From Prasinococcaceae sp. CCMP 1430 (taxonomy: Eukaryota > Plantae > Prasinodermophyta), in assembly GCA_013416795.1 (NCBI GenBank), contig RQSC01000869.1:1-64000 (forward strand): a stretch of 64,000 nt of DNA, given 5' to 3'. Below the pieces are notes generated by a model that was given only the letters and a program-made list of their open reading frames with translations, was not told the origin of the DNA and searched no databases. Position numbers and translations under genes: made by a program. Shown piece after piece: positions 52,008 through 60,405 of the stretch (positions are counted from its first letter, which is position 1; each line of letters opens with the position of its first letter).

Positions 52008-53171
52008 CTACTCGAGCACGATGACCCCTCGCGGTCCCTTGATGACGCGCCCCTCGACGTACATGCGCACGGCGTCAGCGAGGCAGCGCTGCTCGAGGCT
52101 CTTAGATTTGCGCGCCAGCGTCGCGAGCGAGTCGCGATGCGTGACGCTTTCGACCAGCTGGCGGATGATGGGCCCCTCGTCGAGGTTCTCGGTCACAAAG
52201 TGCGCAGTGGCACCGATGATCTTGACTCCCGCGGTGTACGCCTGGCGGTACGGCGCGGCGCCCTTGAAGCTCGGAAGCAGCCCGTGGTGGATGTTTATGA
52301 TGTCGTGGCCGTACTCGTCCAAAAAGTTCGCGCTGAGCACCTGCATGTAGCGCGCGAGCACGAGCAGCTCGGTGCCCGCCACCTTGCGGAGGACGTCGGG
52401 TTCATTGGAGCGCGGCGTGTGCGCAGGGAGAATGTGCAGCGGCACGCCGTGGCGGTCCAGGAAGCGCGCCACGTGCGAGCGCGCGGGCACCGGGTGGTTG
52501 CTCACCACGCACTTGAGGTCGACGGGCAGCTCCCCGCTCTGCCAGCGGTACAGGAAATCCACCAGACAATGGTCCTGCTTGGATGCCATGACCGCCACAG
52601 GGATGAGGCGCTCGGGTGTGCCGAGGGCGTCCGTCAGGATTAATTTGGGGTTTCTCACCTCGGGAAGAAGGCCGACCACGCCGCTCTCCTGCAGGAAGTC
52701 CGAGCGCACCTCTCGACTGGGCCAGTCGGTTGGGTCGTACGCGAACTCAATGCGCCCCCAGAACGTGCCCCGCTCGACGTGGAGGTCGATGTGGCGGATG
52801 GTGCCGCCGCGCTGCTCGATGGCGTCGCTCACGGATCGGATGATGCCGCTACGGTCGCCGCATTCAACCAAAAAGATGCCGCGGCGCTCTCTGTCGTCGT
52901 CCACGGATCGCAACGCGGCTGCCCCCGCAGCAGCTCGCACCGGCGTAGCGTAGCCGCGCGCGCGCGCAGGCACGGCTGCGTCGAAGAGCGGCAACCGAGA
53001 GGCCATCACCTGCACCACGCGCGACCCCAAACTCGCACATCCGGCCAGCGCAGCGGACGACACGCCGAGAGGGGCGCATGCACTGACACCCCCCCAGGGA
53101 CCTGCGCAGGCCCTCCCAGCTGCGGATGCCGCTGCTACGCAAGCAGACCGTGCCAAGGCCGGCCTCCACAT
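52008..53171 (-). CDS. purU: Formyltetrahydrofolate deformylase with organellar transit peptide
   Basis: ACT domain CGDRSGII; VMASKQDHCLVDFLYRWQSGELPVDLKCVVSNH; LVLARYMQVLS; IINIHHGLLPSFKGAAPYRQAY..GVKIIGATAHFVTENLDEGPII. Confidence 0.95.
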   Translation of the reverse strand: MWRPALARSACVAAASAAGRACAGPWGGVSACAPLGVSSAALAGCASLGSRVVQVMASRLPLFDAAVPARARGYATPVRAAAGAAALRSVDDDRERRGIFLVECGDRSGIIRSVSDAIEQRGGTIRHIDLHVERGTFWGRIEFAYDPTDWPSREVRSDFLQESGVVGLLPEVRNPKLILTDALGTPERLIPVAVMASKQDHCLVDFLYRWQSGELPVDLKCVVSNHPVPARSHVARFLDRHGVPLHILPAHTPRSNEPDVLRKVAGTELLVLARYMQVLSANFLDEYGHDIINIHHGLLPSFKGAAPYRQAYTAGVKIIGATAHFVTENLDEGPIIRQLVESVTHRDSLATLARKSKSLEQRCLADAVRMYVEGRVIKGPRGVIVLE

Positions 53172-53639
53172 TGTCGCTGCTCGGGCCAGGCGCGGCGCGG
53201 CGCTCGGCGGCGGCCACGGGTTGTTCCCTCAGCCCTTTGATAGGAGCGCTCGCGGCGTCAACCTCGTCGCCGGCTCGGCTGCTCCGCCCGCGCCCGGCGG
53301 CCCCCTTAACCCCCACCCCTCCCGCTCGTGCTCACCTCGGCCGCCCGCCCGCGCGCGCGGCGCGAACGGAGCGCCCAGCGCCGCCCACGCTATTGAACAC
53401 AGCGAACCCAAAGCAATCACAAATTAACCTCGGTGGTGTACCTGGCGTCGCTCTTCACCTTCGGCCCGGCGCCCGGCGCCGCGGCGCCGCGGCAGCTGGG
53501 CGGCGTCAGCATTTGTCGCCGCGGAAAAAAAAGACACTGAAAGCGCGATCCGCAAAATCTCGACCCGCTGCTGGTGGTGGGGCATGTGTTGGCGGGTGCC
53601 AGCTGCCACACCCTGGGCTCCCCGCGCGGCGCAGTCGGC

Positions 53640-54370
53640 ATGGTGGGCGCTCTGCCCAGCTCCGCGGCGGCGATCCTCGACGCCGCGGTGGAGGAGCTCG
53701 CGCGCGACAGGCCGACCGTCTCGGACGCGCTCAAGAACCTCGTGGCGCTGCGGCTCGCGCGCGAGGCGGCGGCGGGCGCCGAGGCGCCCCGGGCCGAGCG
53801 GGCGGCAGCGGCGCGGCGGCCGCCGCCGCTGCCCTGGCGTGCGCCAAGGCAGTCGTCCGCGCACTGAACGCTGCCGCGCTCGCGCTCCCGGAAGCGCCAC
53901 AGTGGGGAGCGCAGCACCCGCAAGGTGAAGAGGAAACGGCCGAGCAGCGCGTGACGTCGCTGGCGCGGTACCGAGCTGCGCGAGTGCTGGCCGGCCGCAC
54001 AGCCGCGGCTGCGAGCGCGCCCGGCAAGGCGAGCGCGTCCGCAACGAGCATGCTCGGGCGACGATGGCTCAAAGTGACACGATTGCTCGAAGATGTGCGG
54101 GTGGAAGCGCCAGCGGGTGTGAGCGATGAGGCAATGGCCTCCTTCTACGATGAGTTCAAAGCCGCGACAGCGAAGGCCGATGGGGGCGCCGAGGAAGGGG
54201 ATGAGAACGAAGACGCATCGCTCGTATGGGCCACTGATTTGTCCGCTGCGCTGGCTGCGCGACGGAGTGCGCGCGCCGCCGACGCCGCGGGCCGCCGCGA
54301 GAGGGAGGCAGCTGCTGCGGATGACCCCATCCGCGCCAAGCTCAAGGCAAAGCTCACTGAACTTAACTAG
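53640..54370 (+). CDS. Hypothetical protein, apparently split by a one-base frameshift near 53800-53830
   Basis: Frame A MVGALPSSAAAILDAAVEELARDRPTVSDALKNLVALRL.. and frame B ..ACAKAVVRALN..RWLKVTRLLEDVRVE..AKLKAKLTELN both look coding; no splice I could find joins them. Confidence 0.45.
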
Positions 54371-54394
54371 CGGGCGTGTGTATACAGTAGTCAT

Positions 54395-56212
54395 TTACTG
54401 CGTTGGCCAGCCTAGCACGAGCCCAGCCAAATCGTCGACGGCGCCAGCCGCCGTTGCTTGGGCAGCAGCCAGGCGCTCCTGCTCCAGCAAGTTCTCGTGG
54501 CTCGCCACGCCCCTCGCCCGCACAAGCGCCGCCGCGACCTTCGCCCGCATTCGTGCCGCTTTCACGTGTTCGCGCACAGCGTCCTCAGTGCGCGTGTTGA
54601 CAGCCACCGTGCCGCCATTCCGCATCTGCAGCCACGCAAGGGCAGAGCTACGCTCATTCTTCTCCGCTTGGTCGACCCACGCGTGCAACATTGCGCGCGC
54701 AGCGCTCAAACTGTTGGCCCAGATCACGGGCGCGGCCATGTCGAGCTGCTCGAGGCATTCGAAGCAAGAGTTGAAGTCCCCGTCGAGAGCCAGGAACCTG
54801 TGGAGCGTGAGCTCGTCCTCAATGCGGTCGGCAATATGTGCGTGCTCCTCAAGCAGCTCGCGCTTGAGGAGCATCGTCCAGCGAAGGAGCGCGGTGCGCT
54901 TGCCCTCCAACTGAAATTGGCTCTCGTAGTTGAAAGTCGCGCGCACCATAGGTGCGCCCCTGCCCTGGAGGAGCACGGGATCGATCTCGAACATGCGAGC
55001 GTTGATGATGTTGTTGCACATGCGTACGGCTGTGGCCTGGAGCGGAGATGCGTCAAGATAGCGCGGCTCGAAGCCGCCAATGATGCGTACCATGAGCGCG
55101 GCACAGTCTCGCCGCGAGAGCATGCGCGAGAGACCCCCCTCGCCTCCAAAGAGGTCCAGAAATACCTCATCATCTGCACGTTCGTGGTCGTCGTCCAGAT
55201 CGATGCTCGTCGAGGGTGGGCATCCGCGCGCGGTCACGCGCACCAGGAAATGAGCTGGCATTGGCACCATCTCCGCCGCCCCTCCTAGCCGAGCGATGGA
55301 TGCTTCCTCTGCCACGGCGCAGAACGCCGTGGCGAGCGTGATCGGGATCGCCTCGTGCGGTGCGCGCGTGAACAGAGTCAGGAGCGAGCTATTTGAGACC
55401 GCGTAGTACTCTCCACGACTCCCACCGAGCGCGGGCAGTTCGCCGTTGTCACCGTGAAGCACCTGCAACACCGCGCTGGCGAGGGCGCGTGCCCCCACAC
55501 GCGCGTCCGTGCCTGGCCTCGCGGCAGCGGCCGCCGCACGTTCTGCCTCTGCGAGGTGAACTCGTGCTCGCGCCGCGTAGCGGCCCACCTGCGAGCGCAG
55601 CTCCTGCTCTGCCAGGCGCGGGTGTCTTGGAAAGCTCTCCACGACCCCCGCACTCGTCTCAGCTTGCTGGGTTGATTCAATGAGGTTTGAGATGCCCACC
55701 GCGACGCTGAGCAGCTGGCCGCTCGCAGCCGTGTCACCCACAACATCAGCGCGCACGCTCTTTATGGCATGACTCGCAGCCACGCGCCGCGCTGCGCATG
55801 CCGATGCGGCGTCGCCCCTCCTCGCGAGCGCGTCAAACACCTCGAGCCCCATCGACTCGAGCTCACGATGCGCGGCCTCGCGCAGGCGAAAGTTGCTCAG
55901 CGCGGACACGAGGGCGAGCGCACGTCGGTCCTTCCTGATCCGTCTCTCATACTCGCCTTTCCAGCCCCACGCGGGAGCGCTCGCGGCATCCGCATCAGGA
56001 CCATCCCTCGCGCGCAAGCGCTCCTTCCACAGCGCGCCCTCCTCCGCGCTAGCCGCCGCACGCAGCGCCCGGCACGTCGCCGCGGCGGCCGCGAGCCCCT
56101 TGGCGCAGCGCGCGCGGGCGAGCACCTCGACGAGGCACGGCCCAGGCAGGTCCGCCAGGCCCGGCCGCGCATCGACCGCGTCGCCGCCGCCAGCGTCCGG
56201 CGCGCGCTCCAT
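54395..56212 (-). CDS. F-box protein with transglutaminase-like (SirB1/FBXO21-type) domain
   Basis: F-box LADLPGPCLVEVL..LAAAAATCRALR..LWK; YYAVSNSSL..AIPITLA..PMPAHFLVR..FLDLFGG..LSRRDC; VRMCNNI. Confidence 0.72.
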   Translation of the reverse strand: MERAPDAGGGDAVDARPGLADLPGPCLVEVLARARCAKGLAAAAATCRALRAAASAEEGALWKERLRARDGPDADAASAPAWGWKGEYERRIRKDRRALALVSALSNFRLREAAHRELESMGLEVFDALARRGDAASACAARRVAASHAIKSVRADVVGDTAASGQLLSVAVGISNLIESTQQAETSAGVVESFPRHPRLAEQELRSQVGRYAARARVHLAEAERAAAAAARPGTDARVGARALASAVLQVLHGDNGELPALGGSRGEYYAVSNSSLLTLFTRAPHEAIPITLATAFCAVAEEASIARLGGAAEMVPMPAHFLVRVTARGCPPSTSIDLDDDHERADDEVFLDLFGGEGGLSRMLSRRDCAALMVRIIGGFEPRYLDASPLQATAVRMCNNIINARMFEIDPVLLQGRGAPMVRATFNYESQFQLEGKRTALLRWTMLLKRELLEEHAHIADRIEDELTLHRFLALDGDFNSCFECLEQLDMAAPVIWANSLSAARAMLHAWVDQAEKNERSSALAWLQMRNGGTVAVNTRTEDAVREHVKAARMRAKVAAALVRARGVASHENLLEQERLAAAQATAAGAVDDLAGLVLGWPTQ

Positions 56213-56620
56213 CACCGCCCTACTCCCTTCCCCCCTCCGGGGGCTGCAACACTCTAGCGCCCGGCGCCACACAGCAGAGGCCGCGCGCACACGCGCGCCT
56301 GCCACAGGGGTGGCAGCAGGACACGCACGTGCCGCGCCACGCAGCGCGTCACACTCCCCAGGCCCCAGCACTGCGCGCCGCGCGTGGCACATCCGCGTCA
56401 GCGCGGCATCCCAGCGACGCATCGAGTCGATGCATGCGTTTTGACGTACGTATACATCACTCACGAAGCTCCCGTGGTCGTCTTTGACATGTGAGCGTAT
56501 GTGTGACCATCGGCTGAGGCGCAGGTCGTTTCGAATTCGAAGCGCGGGTGGGCGGAGGCGCGGTGAAAAGCGGCGGAGGCGAGCGCTCGGGCGCCACTAC
56601 GCGCGTGGCGCGGTGCCGGA

Positions 56621-56622
<2 letters not shown>

Positions 56623-56670
<48 letters not shown>
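56623..56670. repeat. Poly-G tract (48 nt) between divergent F-box and ferredoxin-like genes
   Basis: Uninterrupted G run. Confidence 0.95.
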
Positions 56671-56671
<1 letters not shown>

Positions 56672-57631
56672 AGGTGGTAACAACTGGATTGGGAGGGCGT
56701 GTCGAGAGGGTACACGCGGGACAAGCCCCTGGAGGAGCCCCCGCGAGCCGCCGCGCGGCGGCGCCGCTGCGGCGCTACGCTGCCGCGCCCGCGCTCGTGT
56801 CGGACGTGACGGTGCCCTTCACAGTCGTTGACTACGATGGGGTGCGCCACAAGTGCGTCGGCCGCGTGGGCCACAACCTCGTCAAGTCGATGCAGCAGCA
56901 GGGCCTACCGATGGTGCTCATGGGCGTGCAGGGGTACGACGCGGCCGTAAGGGTCTCCAGGGAGTTCCAGGGCAAGGTGCCGGAGATGGACCTCGCGCAC
57001 GTACGTGCCCACGCTGCGCGCGCAGAGCACGCATGCGCACGCACGCGCGATTGGGCAATTGGGCGATTGGGCGTGCCCAACCCTAAAGCACGCCCGAGCG
57101 TTGCGCGCAGCGTGCACGCGCCACCGTTTGGCAGCGCGGTGCCACCGCCCATGCGGTTGCGTACCCGCGCGCATTCTAGCGGGGGCGTGCCATTCCTCCA
57201 CCCTCCCCACCTCTCCCGCGCCCTCTTTACCCCCGACCCACGCGCACGCGACTCTTTTCTCGAATGTGCCCCCTCGCGCTGGGAGAGCCGGAAGAGCTGA
57301 CACCACCCGTCCCCCATCTCGCCCATGCCGCGCCACTGCCGGGTGCCCCCGCGCCCGCGCCCGCGCTGCGCGGCACCTTCCTGCAGAAGAGCAAGATGCT
57401 TGAGCTCACCTACAACGTCCTTCCGGACGCGACGCTTGCGAGCCAGCTGAGGCTCACGCGCGAACTCGCTAACCTCGAGGTCGCGCTCATCAAGCCAATG
57501 TTGGAGGTGCGTCAGACTGCACCCGCAAGCAATCGCCGCGTGCCGCAAGCGTTGCGCTCGAGCACGCACATTCTGACACGCGCGCTTGCGCCGTCGCAAA
57601 ACGACCCTCGCAGGACAACAACCCTCCATAA
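56671..57631 (+). CDS. Mitochondrial ferredoxin-fold protein lacking Fe-S cysteines, C1-FDX (complex I bridge)-like; exons ?-57000, 57387-57506, 57614-57631; start not found
   Basis: VTVPFTVVDYDGVRH..G..GHNLV; VRVSREFQGKVPEMD; ATLASQLRLTRELANLEVAL align with adrenodoxin/C1-FDX. Both introns splice in phase 0. No in-frame ATG after the poly-G tract. Confidence 0.65.
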
Positions 57632-57858
57632 GCGCCGACCGCAGAGGCTCCATGCGTTGGTCCTTGCTACAATTTTGTACACGAGAAAATACACGAAGAT
57701 GCGCGAGCCGTACGTAATCCGACACCTTTCGCGCACGCCACGGTGCAGCACGCGCTCGTTGCGGCGCGACGCGCAGGCGCGCGCACGCGCCGTCGCGTAT
57801 GGGCGCTGTATACAAGACGCCCGCCGCGGCGGCGGGCACAATTTACAGGGCAGCGCCA

Positions 57859-59730
57859 TCACACCATCGAGAACGCCTTGATGACACCCATCGAGTTGGC
57901 GGCTAGTATCTGCGTTGGGTCCGTGCCTCTCCAACAAACGGCCGAGATGAACAGTTGTTTGGCGTTGTCGTAGCCGATCTCCCCAGGCGATGTGAAAAGC
58001 CGCTTCATGGCGGGCCGGCTGCAGCGCTTGTGGTATACGAAGAGTTCGTTGGTCTCGGAGCCGCACGCCAGGAAGTTGGGGCCGGTCGACAGACCGATGA
58101 AATTTTTCTCGTTGACGTGTCCGCGTAGCGTCTTAGTCAAGCAGTTTTGTCTCACGTCCCACAGCTTCAGCGTGTTGTCCGTGGATGCGCTCGCAAGCTC
58201 CGTCTCGGACATGAAGCGCACGTACGACACCGCCTTTGTGTGGCCTGAGAATGCCTGCAGCGGGTAGCGCGTGTGCCGAAGGTCGTAATAGTGTACGTGG
58301 TGGTCGGCCGAGCCCAGCGCGACGTGGTTTGAGTTGTGAGGGTTGAAGCGCACGCAGCACACGTTGGCCTTGAGCTCGAGAGTCATGACACTCCCTTGCT
58401 GCTGCGTGCTCCACAGCTTACACCGGCAGTCGTCCGAGCCGGAGAGCATGAGTTTAGCGTCGTCCGAGGCGCAGTCCACGCTCCACACGCGCTTCTCGTG
58501 CTCGTCGTACTCCATGACGGGCGTCGCCGCGTCGATGTCCCACAGCGTGACGACACCCTCGTAGTCGGAGCTCGCCAGCTGGTTGCGCTGGAAGTGCGAC
58601 CAGCAGAGACACGACAGCTTCGAGCGCGTGGAGCTCTCGAGGCTAGGCATGCTAGGCTCCGTGGTGCCAGAGGACGAGTTGATCAGGTCCGAGAAAGAAT
58701 ACACGGAGATGCACTTGGACACGCCCGCGGTGGCAAAGTACTCGCCCATGCAGTCGAACTCAATGCTCGAGATGATGTTGGTCGAGCCCCTAGGGGCAGC
58801 GGGAGGGCGCAGGACCGCGCTTTCGCGCAAGCGCGTGAAGCGCGTAAACGTTGCGAGCGTGTCCATGAACGTGCCCAATCCCGACTTGCCACTGTGCTGC
58901 TGGTCGGGCGCGCCTTCCACCGCTTGCGGCTCTACTGAGCCCAACCCCTCGGACCTTGCGGATGTGTACACCTGCTCCAGGTCATCGACGGCGCCAGCGA
59001 TGCGCTGTTTCGCAGCGCTGAGGCTTACGCCGGTGCCCATGCCGACGGCCGAGCCGTCGTGGTCTGCGCCCGCGCCCGAGCCGTGCGCAGCCATGGCCGA
59101 ACCGCCGAAAATGGCCGCCGCGCCCGGGGAATCGCGTTCGCGCTGCATCTTGCGCAGTGTGTCGAAGCGCCTGCGCTGTTCCTGGACCACCTGGATGTCT
59201 GCCGAGAGGAAGTCGAGCTCACGCCGAAGCTGCTGCGCCTCGGAGAGCTTCTCCTCTCGCGTGAGGTGCAGGAAGTCGAGGAGCACACTGAGCTTGGCCT
59301 CGGTGGCCTCCTGCTTGAGGCGCTCCTCGTGCACCATCAGCGCGCCCACGAGCTGGCGCACCTCCTGCAGGTCGAGCCTCGCTTCCTCAGAGAGCGCTCG
59401 GCGCAGCCGCGCGGCCGGGTCGAGCATCTCGCCCTCCTCTCGGTCGCCGAGCGCTTTGGAAAGCTGCGTGAGGGCGTAGTTGGGCGTGAGCTTGTCCGTG
59501 GCGACGAAGGCGCCGCACTCGGGACAGTTGGCGCGCGTCGACAGGTGCGTGGCGATACATGTGTGGCAGAACGAGTGGCCGCACGGGGCGACGAATGCGT
59601 CAACGAAGTTGCCGCGGCATATAGGGCAGTGCACCTCGCCGGTGCGGCCGGCCCCGCCGCCACCACCGCCAGCGGACTTGTTCGCCGCCAGCGCGGCCTG
59701 CACGAGGGACGGCCGCGCTTCGGCGTCCAT
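57859..59730 (-). CDS. COP1: COP1 E3 ubiquitin ligase (RING, coiled coil, WD40)
   Basis: RING CPIC..FVAPCGHSFCHTCI..CPEC; coiled coil LDFLHLTREEK; WD40 NIISSIEFD..YFATAGVSKCI; STRSKLSCLCW; SDYEGVVTLWD; EYDEHEKRVWSVD; GHVNEKNFIGLS; CGSETNE. Confidence 0.97.
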   Translation of the reverse strand: MDAEARPSLVQAALAANKSAGGGGGGAGRTGEVHCPICRGNFVDAFVAPCGHSFCHTCIATHLSTRANCPECGAFVATDKLTPNYALTQLSKALGDREEGEMLDPAARLRRALSEEARLDLQEVRQLVGALMVHEERLKQEATEAKLSVLLDFLHLTREEKLSEAQQLRRELDFLSADIQVVQEQRRRFDTLRKMQRERDSPGAAAIFGGSAMAAHGSGAGADHDGSAVGMGTGVSLSAAKQRIAGAVDDLEQVYTSARSEGLGSVEPQAVEGAPDQQHSGKSGLGTFMDTLATFTRFTRLRESAVLRPPAAPRGSTNIISSIEFDCMGEYFATAGVSKCISVYSFSDLINSSSGTTEPSMPSLESSTRSKLSCLCWSHFQRNQLASSDYEGVVTLWDIDAATPVMEYDEHEKRVWSVDCASDDAKLMLSGSDDCRCKLWSTQQQGSVMTLELKANVCCVRFNPHNSNHVALGSADHHVHYYDLRHTRYPLQAFSGHTKAVSYVRFMSETELASASTDNTLKLWDVRQNCLTKTLRGHVNEKNFIGLSTGPNFLACGSETNELFVYHKRCSRPAMKRLFTSPGEIGYDNAKQLFISAVCWRGTDPTQILAANSMGVIKAFSMV

Positions 59731-60405
59731 CCTGAAACGATTCTTCGCCGCGGGACGGGACGCGCCTTCCCCCGCGCCGTGGCCCGGCGCGCCGCAGTGG
59801 GCCTCGAGGCGTTCGCCCGCCCTCGCCGCGCGAGCCGCGCCTCTGACGGATCAGGCCGCACGCTGCCGCTTCCCCCCTCTCAGCGCGCCGCCCGAGTGCG
59901 CCGCCGGAGCGCGCCCACGCCCACGCGCAGGCGCGCGCGGCGCGGCGCGAGAGTGGCAACTCCGCCAGCCCTCTCCCCGTGCTCCGCCCAGTACGCACCG
60001 CACCGCACTGCCCCCCTCCCGCCCCTCACGCCGGGCGCACACACGCACACGCGCGCGCTGCCCAGCGCAGCGCCACACGCGCATGCGAGAAAGACGGCGA
60101 CGCTCTCCACGTCAAACAACGATGTATGCAAGAGCCTACGCGAGAAGCACACACACTCAGCCCCGCGCGGTCAAGTAGGAACCGGGGGAGAGGGAGACGG
60201 AACCGGGTCTATCATAGCGAATCGTGACTCTTTGTTCGACTTGAACCGTGCACGTGGCCTGAACCTGGTTCGGCCACCGCGCGCTGCGGTCGAGCGCCAG
60301 CCGCCGCCCGGCGAGTGCCATTGCGTGCGCCCGCCCGCTGTCGGCGGGGGCACCGACTCAAGGGCGGCCTGGGCGTTTCTCTGGGGCTCGGGGTTGAATT
60401 TGGCG

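Noticed and set aside
53839-53902. Short intron that could repair the 53640 gene
   Set aside because: Donor is phase 1 but the acceptor needs phase 0; splicing gives an immediate stop.
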